A stretch of DNA of 64,000 nt from NCBI GenBank assembly GCA_965248435.1, contig OZ252100.1:2208001-2272000 (forward strand), in the 5' to 3' direction. Below the pieces are notes generated by a model, which saw only the letters and a program-made list of their open reading frames with translations, had not been told where the DNA came from and made no database searches. Below are positions 55,215-64,000 of the stretch, in pieces. The position numbers were made by a program, and so were the translations under genes. Numbering within the stretch: position 1 is the first letter of the stretch; every line of letters starts with the position of its first letter. Source of the DNA: Candidatus Latescibacterota bacterium. GTDB taxonomy: Bacteria; Latescibacterota; UBA2968; GCA-2709665.

Positions 55215-56948
55215 CTAGGCGACCAGCTCATCCTGAACCGAGACATCCTTTGACGGTTTGAAATAGATCGCTTCGCCGGTCGGGTCGGGAAATTCTGTGA
55301 GATGCAGGTCGAGATCGGCCGATCGCTCCAGGTCGCGGTCCGCGGTCCACGCCTGCACGGCGCACTTCAGCCCGTCCGGACGGACCGTATCGTCTCCGGA
55401 CGGACCCTCGAGAGACGCCGGATCGATCCGCATCCTGCTCAAATCCGCGCCGTTGATCCGTCCCTTGTTACGCTCGGGACTGAGGCAATAGACCACCGGA
55501 CCCCGCATCACCGCGACACGGCCCTCCTGCTTCTTCCTGCCCCGGATGATTCGCCAGGGCATGGGCATGTCGAGTGTGACGTAATCTCCATGCTCCCACT
55601 TGCGTCTGATCTCGAGAAACTGTCCGCCCACAACGCCTCCGTTCTCCAGTTCGCCGTTCACCGCGACCCGCGCATTCGAACACCAGCGGGGGATCCTCAA
55701 CCGAAGCGGAAACGTCGTCGATTCGGACGGCGTGAGGGTAATCTCAACGCGTCCGGAGTTCGGGTAGTCCGTCTCCTGGCTCACGGCCAGCGATACGCCC
55801 CCTTCAAGGTCCAGGGTTGCCTTCGATGACGTATAGAGGTTGATCGCCAGGCCGTCGGCCGACCTGTAATAGACCTGGGTCGGCAGCTCGGCCACGATCC
55901 TCCTGAAATTCCCCGGGCAGCAATATAGATCGTGGGAAGGGATCTGGAGATGGGCCTTGGAGGGGTCCTCATCGAAGTAGAACCGTCTCCCATCGAACGG
56001 TATGTTGTACCGGATTCGGCGTCCGTCCGGCGACAGTGCGCCGAAAAGGGCGTTGTAGATCGAACGCTCCACGATATCTCCGTAGCGGAGGTCCCCCTCC
56101 AAACGGATCAAACTGTCCATCAGACGAATCAGGTAGGCCGTGGCGCAGGCCTCACCCAATTCGCCCGTACCACCCTGGTCCGTGTGCCAATTTTCCGAGC
56201 GACTGCACGTCCCGGTGATCACCAGCGCATCACCGGAGGTGAGGTCGTTGAGCGTGTCCCGAGTCCGTTCGAGCAGCTGTGCCTCCGGTCGAACCCGGTA
56301 GAGATCGTGCTGGGCGACGCAGCGGGCAAGACACCGGTAGACGTGCGTTTCGAGTCCAGTTCCGTATTCGCGCAGCGCCGCGTTTTCCTTCCGTCCCGTG
56401 GGCGAATTCGCACAAAAGTCCAAATACGAGGAATCACCCGTCACCCGTGACAGGGTCAGAAAGGCCTCATCCGTCCCAAGTGTCGTAAGGCCCTCTCTCT
56501 TCTCGCCCCATTGCTTCATCATGAAGTTCGCCAGCCTGACTGCCGCGCTGCCCGATCCCTCGTCTCCAAACCGGCCGTAGTTCCGGGCTAGCCCCAGGAC
56601 GATGTAGGCCATCTCGTGCACGTCATAATTCTCCTGCATCCTGTTGGCCTGCTGCATCGTGCCGATGTAACCATCCGCCTCCTGAGCCTGGATCGCCTCC
56701 CCTACGATATGATTCTTGAAAGAAGCCACGTCCGCCTCGCCTGTGTAGGCCGCAAAACTCACAGCCGCGTCGATCAGCTTTCCCAGAGCGACGTAGGGGG
56801 CGTTGTCGTGCGCCTTGAAGGGTGCGAGGAAGTGGCGGTCCACATCCAGCACAAGCAGGTTTCGCCTGAGCGTCATATCGATTCGTCGGCCGATTTCTCC
56901 GCCGACGTCAACCTGATGCGGCTCAAGGGGCGTCAACATATCTGGCAT
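55215..56948 (-). CDS. Glycoside hydrolase family 127-like (beta-L-arabinofuranosidase domain)
   Basis: GEACAT, YCCPGN, ETDYPNSG, LRIPRW, RGPVVYC. Confidence 0.85.
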   Translation of the reverse strand: MPDMLTPLEPHQVDVGGEIGRRIDMTLRRNLLVLDVDRHFLAPFKAHDNAPYVALGKLIDAAVSFAAYTGEADVASFKNHIVGEAIQAQEADGYIGTMQQANRMQENYDVHEMAYIVLGLARNYGRFGDEGSGSAAVRLANFMMKQWGEKREGLTTLGTDEAFLTLSRVTGDSSYLDFCANSPTGRKENAALREYGTGLETHVYRCLARCVAQHDLYRVRPEAQLLERTRDTLNDLTSGDALVITGTCSRSENWHTDQGGTGELGEACATAYLIRLMDSLIRLEGDLRYGDIVERSIYNALFGALSPDGRRIRYNIPFDGRRFYFDEDPSKAHLQIPSHDLYCCPGNFRRIVAELPTQVYYRSADGLAINLYTSSKATLDLEGGVSLAVSQETDYPNSGRVEITLTPSESTTFPLRLRIPRWCSNARVAVNGELENGGVVGGQFLEIRRKWEHGDYVTLDMPMPWRIIRGRKKQEGRVAVMRGPVVYCLSPERNKGRINGADLSRMRIDPASLEGPSGDDTVRPDGLKCAVQAWTADRDLERSADLDLHLTEFPDPTGEAIYFKPSKDVSVQDELVA

Positions 56949-57166
56949 AGAGCCCTCCTGAAAACATTGGAATTGCCTAGACACCCTAACATCTGGTGTC
57001 CGTCAAACGGTTAGCCTCATGGGTCACATCTGCCTCCTCACGAGACTTCAGCGCATGGATACAACTATATATACAATCCCGGGGCCATCCTGACCATAAA
57101 TTCTTGTTGACCTACCGACGAATATGGCTAAGATGGCCACCGTGAATTTGTAGGGCTGTAAATCCG

Positions 57167-57237
57167 GTAGGAGCCGCCTCCCGGCGGCGAACAATCAGCC
57201 CTGATGCTCGCCTTCGCCAGCAGGAGCTGGCTCCTAC
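57167..57237. repeat. REPIN-like pair of inverted GTAG REPs
   Basis: GTAGGAGCCGCCTCCCGGCGGCGA...TCGCCAGCAGGAGCTGGCTCCTAC. Confidence 0.7.
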
Positions 57238-57297
57238 CCCATACAAGCCCTCTAGGCACTCTGGTCAAATCTGTGAAGAACTGTAGAGAGTGACGCC

Positions 57298-59331
57298 TTG
57301 GCCACTTCCACACACCAAGAGACCGATCCGGGTCACCAATCTCTTCCGGAAACCCAACGTCGCGGATTGACCCTTCGCTCTGTCCTGCTCGGCCTCGTCC
57401 TGGTCATCGGACTCGACGTGACCGCCATTTACCTTCGCTACGTCTACCACGGCTCCCTCATGACCTACAGCCATATCCCTATGGCCATGCTCATCGTCTT
57501 CACACTGTTGATCTTTGCGGGTGCGGTCGCGGGAAGGTTGACAGGCCTTGTGCTTTCTCCCTCGGAGTGGCACACCATCTTGGCCATGGGGATCGTCGGA
57601 GCGACCGTTCCGGGCTACGGGGTCACCGGCCATCTGATCGGCTTGATGGCCGCGCCCTATTACTATCAGCTCCCATACCGCACGACGATCCCGTGGGAAG
57701 TCCACATCCATCCTTACCTCCCGGACTGGCTCTTTCCCACTAACGAAGGGAGTGCGATCAGCTGGTTCTACGAGGGACTGCCACCCGGGGCGGAGATCCC
57801 CTGGGGTGCCTGGGTGCTTCCGCTCCTCTGGTGGACCACGATGATCGCTGCTCTCTTCGTCGCGCTGGGGTGTGTGGCCGCGATCTTTCGGAAGCAGTGG
57901 GTGCGAAACGAACGTCTCGCCTTTCCCGCGATGGCACCGCTCATCCATATGGCCTCCCGTCCCGGTTCGGGGCGACACCCGCTGCCGGAGTTTACGAGGG
58001 ATAGGCGGTTCTGGATCGGTTTTGGCCTTGGCTTCGGCGTCATCGCCTGGAATTGTATCGAGTACTTCTCGGTCAACTTCCCCCGATTTCCGATACACGG
58101 TGAGACCTGGTACTGGATCGACAAACAGTTTCCCCCGATCAAAGCCTACCTCGGAATCTTCACCCTCTTCTTTTCTTACTTTGCAGGTCTGGATGTACTC
58201 TTCAGCATCTGGTTCTTCGACCTGATCTTTATCCTCGAGGCGGGCACGCTCAACAAAATGGGCTTCAATTCCATGGCGCAATTCTCTGCCCGGGGTGTCT
58301 GCCAGTGGCAGACCGTCGGCGCCTTCTTCGTGATGGTCTTATCCGTCCTCTGGATCGCGCGGGGCCACCTCCGAGACGTCTTCCGGAAGGCGCTCGACGG
58401 CAAAGCCCCGGTGGATGACAGCGACGAACTCCTTCCCTGCCGCACAGCCTTGGTCGGACTCTTACTCTCTCTGATTTACCTGTGGATCTGGTTTAGCCGG
58501 AGCGGGTATGACCCGGGACGCCTGGCCCTGACGCTTCCCGGTGTCATCCTGGCCTACATCGGCATCGCCAGGGTAATTGCCGAAACCGGGCTTCCCTACA
58601 TGAATGTCCCTCGAGGGTTCGGCGGCTGGTATATCTCTTTCTTTCTCGGGGCCATGGACGTGAGTAAGAGTACCTTCGTGGTCGGCCGGTGGTCTGCACC
58701 CAGCCTCTCACACTTCAAGGGCCTGTTCCTGCCTGCCCTCGTCCACACGGGGCGCATTGGGGAAGCGCTTTCAGGAAGCAGACGCCGTCTGATGGGCGCC
58801 GTTGGCCTTGCCTTTTCTGTAAGCTACCTTGTCTGCATCACGCTCACGCTCCATCTGGCCTACCGGGAGGGGGCATACAGCTTCAACAGCTGGGAGATCC
58901 TCGATTTCGGAGAGCGTGTCTTCAGAAAGGCCGCGGCGACGGTTTCGAATCACGCAGAAACGCCTTATCCACCGCTGGCTTCTGAACATCTCGACTATAC
59001 CGCTTTCCTTCTACTCGGCGGAGCGGCCATGTCCGCCTTGATCTACCTCCGTCACCGATTTGTCGGGTGGCCCTTCCATCCGATGGGTCTCGCCCTGATG
59101 GGGTCTGACCTGGTTCGACAAACCACGCTCACCATTTTCCTGGCTTGGCTCGTCAAATTGGTGCTGCTCAAGGTGGGGGGACAGAGCGCCTACCGAAAGT
59201 CATTGCCCCTGTTCGTCGGGCTGCTCGTCGGTTATGTTGGCGGAGTGGTGCTCTCATCGGTGATCGACATCGTCTGGTTCCCCGACCGGGGCCATGCCGT
59301 GCACGGTTTTGGAAGGGGATTCAGCTATTAG
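57298..59331 (+). CDS. Large polytopic membrane protein (DUF6785/DUF6784-like putative transporter)
   Basis: Many TM segments; RKQWVRNERLAFP, WPFHPMG, PLFVGLLVG motifs. Confidence 0.75.
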   Translation: MATSTHQETDPGHQSLPETQRRGLTLRSVLLGLVLVIGLDVTAIYLRYVYHGSLMTYSHIPMAMLIVFTLLIFAGAVAGRLTGLVLSPSEWHTILAMGIVGATVPGYGVTGHLIGLMAAPYYYQLPYRTTIPWEVHIHPYLPDWLFPTNEGSAISWFYEGLPPGAEIPWGAWVLPLLWWTTMIAALFVALGCVAAIFRKQWVRNERLAFPAMAPLIHMASRPGSGRHPLPEFTRDRRFWIGFGLGFGVIAWNCIEYFSVNFPRFPIHGETWYWIDKQFPPIKAYLGIFTLFFSYFAGLDVLFSIWFFDLIFILEAGTLNKMGFNSMAQFSARGVCQWQTVGAFFVMVLSVLWIARGHLRDVFRKALDGKAPVDDSDELLPCRTALVGLLLSLIYLWIWFSRSGYDPGRLALTLPGVILAYIGIARVIAETGLPYMNVPRGFGGWYISFFLGAMDVSKSTFVVGRWSAPSLSHFKGLFLPALVHTGRIGEALSGSRRRLMGAVGLAFSVSYLVCITLTLHLAYREGAYSFNSWEILDFGERVFRKAAATVSNHAETPYPPLASEHLDYTAFLLLGGAAMSALIYLRHRFVGWPFHPMGLALMGSDLVRQTTLTIFLAWLVKLVLLKVGGQSAYRKSLPLFVGLLVGYVGGVVLSSVIDIVWFPDRGHAVHGFGRGFSY

Positions 59332-59360
59332 GTCGATTATGATCGAAAAAGGAACACAAT

Positions 59361-60875
59361 ATGGACGCATCTCTTCCAACCCCATTCCTCGACTACTACG
59401 ACCTCGACCCCGGTGCTCCGGGCTATGATGAGGATGGGCTGGGGTATCAGATGGTCCCACCGACCGAGGGCGTGAGACTGGCGATTCAGGAGGCCCAAAA
59501 GGGCGAGGTCTTCTTGAAGGCCGATCGTCCCTGGGAGGACCCGCGCCTGCGACTGTTTGCCGCATCCATCCTCTACGAAGACGGCCGTTACAGGATGTGG
59601 TACCACAACGACCCCCGTCACGGGCGGTTGTATTACGCGGAAAGTACAGATGGCGTGGAGTGGGAAAAGCCCGATCTGGGGCGGGTCGAGTGGGAGGGAT
59701 CCAAAGCCAACAACATCGTGCTCGCTGAATCCACGGACTCACCCCGCATCTTCCGTGACCCCTCAGCCTCGGCAGATGAACGCTACAAGATGATCTACTT
59801 CTTCGGCAAGGGTCTCACTCCCGGGGGTGGCGTTTCGCCGGACGGTCTGCATTGGCGCTTTTTCGAACGTCCGATTCTCGACGAGCTTTGCGACAGCTGG
59901 AACACGGCCTGTTTTGACGAGCATCTGGGTAAGTATGTTGGATACTTTCGCGGGTGGTATGTCGGTTCGCCTCGCTCCTCGAACATCGAGGAAGAACTGC
60001 TGAGGCACGGAGGAGAGCGCGCTTCGATAACCCACGCCCCTGTGCTGGATCCGTCTCGCCGCTACATCAGCCGTTCGGAGACGGATGATTTCCGGCAGTG
60101 GCCGGAGCCGAGCCTGGTGCTGGCGCCCGATTCCCAGGACCCGATCCAGGATGATTTCTACATCCCGGGCTACATCCCCTATCCATCAAACCCCCTGTTT
60201 CACCTGATGTTCGTGACCGTATACCACCGGATAGCCGACAGGTTTGATACACAACTCGCGGTCAGCCGGAACGGGATCTTCTGGACGCGACCGGAACGCA
60301 AAGCGATCATCCCTCTTGGGCCGGCCGGCAGCCGGGAGGAGGGGATGATCAACGCCGTTGCCAACCCGGGCGGCCTGGTGCCCTTCGGGAAGGACCGGTG
60401 GGCGATGGCCTATAACCGCAGCCCCTGGCCCCACAAGAACAGGCAGCAGCGGAAGCTGGCCGTGCCCCCCGAGCCCGGATTCGTGCGCTGGGCGACCTGG
60501 CAGCGCGACAGGCTGGTCGCCCTGGAGGCCCGGCAGGCTGGACAGGTGACGCTCAAACCAAGATCTTGCCTGGCACCCGACCTTCGCCTCAACTATCGCG
60601 TCTTCCCCGGCGGCTGGATCAGAGCCGAACTGATCGACAAGCGTGATGTATCCTACGATCAGAGCGTCAACATTTCCGAGTGGAACCCCAGTCCCATCGA
60701 GGGACACGCGTTCCAGGATTGTGAGCCGCTCGGCGGCGATGAGCTGGACGGCGGCGATGAGCTGGACGGCATCGTTCGGTGGAAAGGCGGGCGCGATCTC
60801 ACGAAACTGAGAGGGCGGAAACTCGTCATCCGGTTCCAGCTCGAGCGGGCCCAGCTCTTCAGCTTCACGGTCTGA
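59361..60875 (+). CDS. Five-bladed beta-propeller glycoside hydrolase-like protein
   Basis: YRMWY, YAESTDGVEWEKPDLG, SPDGLHW, LAVSRNGIFWTR; C-terminal beta-sandwich. Confidence 0.75.
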   Translation: MDASLPTPFLDYYDLDPGAPGYDEDGLGYQMVPPTEGVRLAIQEAQKGEVFLKADRPWEDPRLRLFAASILYEDGRYRMWYHNDPRHGRLYYAESTDGVEWEKPDLGRVEWEGSKANNIVLAESTDSPRIFRDPSASADERYKMIYFFGKGLTPGGGVSPDGLHWRFFERPILDELCDSWNTACFDEHLGKYVGYFRGWYVGSPRSSNIEEELLRHGGERASITHAPVLDPSRRYISRSETDDFRQWPEPSLVLAPDSQDPIQDDFYIPGYIPYPSNPLFHLMFVTVYHRIADRFDTQLAVSRNGIFWTRPERKAIIPLGPAGSREEGMINAVANPGGLVPFGKDRWAMAYNRSPWPHKNRQQRKLAVPPEPGFVRWATWQRDRLVALEARQAGQVTLKPRSCLAPDLRLNYRVFPGGWIRAELIDKRDVSYDQSVNISEWNPSPIEGHAFQDCEPLGGDELDGGDELDGIVRWKGGRDLTKLRGRKLVIRFQLERAQLFSFTV

Positions 60876-60892
60876 GCGTCGAGGAGGAGGAC

Positions 60893-62020
60893 ATGATCAA
60901 GACAACCTGTGTCAACACGAAGATCGAAGCCGAGCACGGCGTGGTCACCTCATTCCCGGACGATTTCTTCGGGTATTTCGGCTGGGCTTCCCTGGCGAAG
61001 ATGGACGACGGCACCCTCGTCGCCGCCGCATCTGGCATGCGCACCGAGCACGCGTGTCCCTTCGGCCGCAACGTGATCTGCATCAGCAGGGATGACGGCA
61101 AGACCTGGTCCAGTCCGCGCGTCGTCAACGATTCGCCCCTGGACGACCGCGATACTGGTGTGCTCTGTCTGGGCGGGACCAGGATGCTGCTTTCCTGGTT
61201 TACGACAGACAAGAGAGGCAGGGTCGAAAAAAAGTATCCCGATCTGGCTAAACAGATGCAGCCCGGTCTGGCCTGGGTGACCGACGAGAACGCCAGGCGC
61301 TGGGTCGGTGCCTGGATCTGCACGAGCGACGACAGCGGCGAGACCTGGCACGCGCCCGTGAAGGTCCCGCTCACCGCGCCGCACGGTCCGATTCGCCTCA
61401 AGACGGGAAAGCTGCTTTACTTCGGCAAGGAGTTCAAAGTCGGCATGGAGGGATTCGTTAAAGGCATCGGCGGCATCGCGGCCATGAAAAGCGCGGACGG
61501 AGGGTGTAGCTGGGAGGAACTCGGCAAGGTCCCGCTCTATGAAGGCACGACTGAAGGCAACTATCACGAGCCGCACGTGGCGGAATGTCCGGATGGCAGA
61601 TTGATCGGCCTGATCCGCTTCGAGAATGCGCGCGGCGAGGTCGAAACCCACGGCCTGGAGCGGTTCAGTATTTTCCAGTCCGTCTCTTCCGACGGAGGCC
61701 AGACCTGGAGCCGTGCCGAACCACTCGGCTTCCACGGATCCCCTCCGCACGTGATGGCCCATTCCAGCGGGGCGCTTGTCTGCGTTTACGGCTACCGACT
61801 CAAACCGTCGTTTGGCGAGCGGGCTATGATCAGCCGTGACGGCGGAGAGAGCTGGGAGTACGACTACATCCTCCGAGACGACGGACCCGATCTCGACCTG
61901 GGATATCCGTCGAGCGTCGAGCTGGACGACGGCAGTCTGCTGACGCTCTACTACCAGAAGCGCGAGTCCAGCGAGGAGAAGTGCAGCCTGCTCTGGTCCC
62001 GGTGGGAATTGCCGGGCTGA
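60893..62020 (+). CDS. Sialidase-family (BNR/Asp-box) protein
   Basis: Several SxDxGxTW boxes, LDDRD, DLGYPSSVELDDG. Strong GAGGAGG RBS. Confidence 0.85.
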   Translation: MIKTTCVNTKIEAEHGVVTSFPDDFFGYFGWASLAKMDDGTLVAAASGMRTEHACPFGRNVICISRDDGKTWSSPRVVNDSPLDDRDTGVLCLGGTRMLLSWFTTDKRGRVEKKYPDLAKQMQPGLAWVTDENARRWVGAWICTSDDSGETWHAPVKVPLTAPHGPIRLKTGKLLYFGKEFKVGMEGFVKGIGGIAAMKSADGGCSWEELGKVPLYEGTTEGNYHEPHVAECPDGRLIGLIRFENARGEVETHGLERFSIFQSVSSDGGQTWSRAEPLGFHGSPPHVMAHSSGALVCVYGYRLKPSFGERAMISRDGGESWEYDYILRDDGPDLDLGYPSSVELDDGSLLTLYYQKRESSEEKCSLLWSRWELPG

Positions 62021-62070
62021 TGTCAGCCTGTGGACACGGGAATCGAAACAATTCGAGGAGGTAAGGACAG

Positions 62071-63612
62071 ATGGGGAGCATAGAGCTTGGCGACAGGGAC
62101 CACCATCACCTCATGTTTCACGTGGATGACGGTTTTCCGCAGGCGACCCTCGACGTGCCTGCAAGCCTCGAGGAGATGCTAGAACGATGTGTGGGCTGGT
62201 GCGCGGACACACAGGTGAACGTCCTGAACTATCACCTGAATGAGATCACCGAGCCGAGAGACGAGGCCGGCGAAGACGCAAATCCACCCTACAAGGATCT
62301 GATGAGGTGGCGGCAGAAGAAGCACGAGGAGAATCTTCTGGCGAAGGGCTTGGACTACACGAACGAGGCCATCGATGCGACCCGCAAAGCCGGGATCGCC
62401 TTCTTCGCGGGTGTCCGCATGAATGACGTCCACCACTGCTCACGCGCCCGGCATCCCAAGTTCTGGGTCGACCACCCGGAGTTCCGCATCGGTGAGGACC
62501 GTCCGTGGGATGCTCGGTGGAAGGGGGCCCTGGACTTCGCCCATCCCGAGGTCCGGGAATACCGGAAGGAGATCATCCGGGATGTGCTGGATCGATGGGA
62601 TGTGGATGGGCTCGAGCTGGACTTCAACCGGATGCCGCTCCTCTTCAAGGAGGCGGAGGCGGACGTGCATCGGGACACGATGACTGCGTGGATCGGGGAG
62701 ATACGAGACCTGCTCCGCGAAGTCGAGAAACGCAGGGGCCACCCGATCCCCCTCGAGGTCAGGGTTCCCTCGGTGGCGGAGGTCTGCCACCGCATCGGTA
62801 TCGACATCCTGACGTGGATCCGCGAGGACATGGTGGATATCGCGACCTGTTCAGGCATTAGATATGCCGAGTTCGAAATGCCCGTGGACGCGTTTGTCCA
62901 AGCCGCGAAGGCCACGGACGTACTCGTGTTCGCCGGGTTCGAGCCCCGTCTCACGTCTTCCATATCACTCCTTACGGTCGACATGTGGAGAGCGGCAGCC
63001 ACCCACTACTGGAAAGCGGGCGTGGACGGCCTTCACATCTTCAACGGAGGAAATTACTACTTCTGGAACGCGTTGGAGATGCCCCACCTGCACGAAATGG
63101 CAGACCCCGAGGTCATGGCCAGGAAGGACAAGAAATACCAGGTCTCCCGCCGCACGGAGTGGGCGGGAAAGGAACTGCCTCAATTCACCTATCCCAAGCC
63201 GCTTCCCTGCCCACTCGAGGCGTCGACAGGTGGGACCGGCATCAAGATCCGCATCCACGTGGACGACGAGATCGAAGGCGCCAGGCAAGAAGGAATCCTT
63301 TCCGGCGTCACCCTTCGGCTCAGGATCAACAACATCACGGCCGACGACGAGCTGGAGGTAGAGCTGAACGGCATCCGCCTACCGAAGGAGAGCAGTCGCA
63401 CCGAGTACGTGTGGGGCCAAAACGCCAACCCCATAGGGAGCTATCTGAGAGGCGCAGGGTTCGGTGCCCAGTGGATCGCGTTCGACGTGACGGAAGGCCC
63501 CGAAGTGCGCACGGGAGAGAACGAGGTGGAGGTGATCCTCAGGGAGAAGAATCCGGAACTGGCGGTCCAGCTGGAACTCGACAACGTGGAGATCCTGGTA
63601 AACTACGTGTAA
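62071..63612 (+). CDS. GHL10/DUF187-like TIM-barrel glycoside hydrolase-like protein
   Basis: RMNDVHH, LDFAHPEVRE, DVDGLELDFNR, GVDGLHIFN. Confidence 0.75.
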   Translation: MGSIELGDRDHHHLMFHVDDGFPQATLDVPASLEEMLERCVGWCADTQVNVLNYHLNEITEPRDEAGEDANPPYKDLMRWRQKKHEENLLAKGLDYTNEAIDATRKAGIAFFAGVRMNDVHHCSRARHPKFWVDHPEFRIGEDRPWDARWKGALDFAHPEVREYRKEIIRDVLDRWDVDGLELDFNRMPLLFKEAEADVHRDTMTAWIGEIRDLLREVEKRRGHPIPLEVRVPSVAEVCHRIGIDILTWIREDMVDIATCSGIRYAEFEMPVDAFVQAAKATDVLVFAGFEPRLTSSISLLTVDMWRAAATHYWKAGVDGLHIFNGGNYYFWNALEMPHLHEMADPEVMARKDKKYQVSRRTEWAGKELPQFTYPKPLPCPLEASTGGTGIKIRIHVDDEIEGARQEGILSGVTLRLRINNITADDELEVELNGIRLPKESSRTEYVWGQNANPIGSYLRGAGFGAQWIAFDVTEGPEVRTGENEVEVILREKNPELAVQLELDNVEILVNYV

Positions 63613-63638
63613 GGTCAATCGAGCAAATCAAAGCAGGA

Positions 63639-63671
63639 AAGAGGGCTTCGGACGGATTCCGAAGCCCTCTT
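63639..63671. terminator. Bidirectional terminator
   Basis: AAGAGGGCTTCGGA/TCCGAAGCCCTCTT between convergent genes. Confidence 0.8.
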
Positions 63672-63719
63672 CTTGTTTGACGATGATGGAAGATTTGAGC
63701 GTGGGGTAGAGGCCACAAT

Positions 63720-64000
63720 TCACGGAAGAGCGAAGAGGGGCGCCGGTGGAAGCAACAGCTCGGCGACCACGCCTGCGTGATCGGACGGCCACAGACCGGA
63801 CGGCGCGCGATCGGCCGGCTCTTCCCCAACGACCTCCCCATCAACTGCTCCGACGATCCGCTGCTCTACGATGGTAAAGGCGTCACGGGCGAAGATCAGA
63901 TCGATTCGCCTGTCGAGCGATGCGGTCTCGTTGAGCAGATCACTCTCCATACAGCACGTATGTCCAGGTGCGTTGGGGGCCACTTGGCCCCAGACATCCA
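63720..64000 (-). CDS. Endonuclease/exonuclease/phosphatase family protein, C-terminal part
   Basis: DVW...HTCC...RIDLIF...PSDHAGVVA; frame open to the window edge. Confidence 0.8.
   Translation of the reverse strand, partial: DVWGQVAPNAPGHTCCMESDLLNETASLDRRIDLIFARDAFTIVEQRIVGAVDGEVVGEEPADRAPSGLWPSDHAGVVAELLLPPAPLFALP

Noticed and set aside
60732-60767. 18-nt duplication (GGDELD x2)
   Set aside because: Small in-frame slippage duplication with no sign of functional significance.

Overview
64 kb of a GC-rich bacterial chromosome. The cohesin-like 'LDLxxxPGDQG' domains, the C-terminal dockerin-like 'DFNGSGKVDFFDF' tag and the many sugar-catabolism genes suggest a Latescibacterota-like organism; this is inference only. 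1-10.7 kb: housekeeping block on the minus strand (thrS-infC-rpmI-rplT, zapB-like-zapA-[6S-like RNA]-rny-ymdB-xseA-AKR-xseB-nadK-recN). 10.9-13.6 kb: queE, an atypical TGT and an ArmA/Rmt/Sgm-family 16S rRNA m7G1405 methyltransferase, all co-oriented. 14-29.5 kb: a sigma-70 factor preceded by a candidate sRNA, two membrane-anchored coiled-coil proteins facing a divergent ExbB/ExbD-like module, dapF, and a Crp regulator. 30-34.8 kb: tRNA-Phe, then two secreted proteins with collagen-like and glutenin-like repeats that share an unrecognised helical domain, with CRP boxes on both sides. 35.7-36.9 kb: a non-coding REP/MITE mosaic. 40-44 kb: a three-subunit thiocyanate-hydrolase-like cobalt enzyme, a B12 radical SAM protein and a putative TA pair. 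44.9-64 kb: tRNA-Val, a dockerin-tagged propeller protein, a Fic gene, and a sugar-utilisation region with a tandem duplication. I saw no CRISPR array, rRNA, integrase or transposase. All calls come from reading motifs by eye; no database searches were run.
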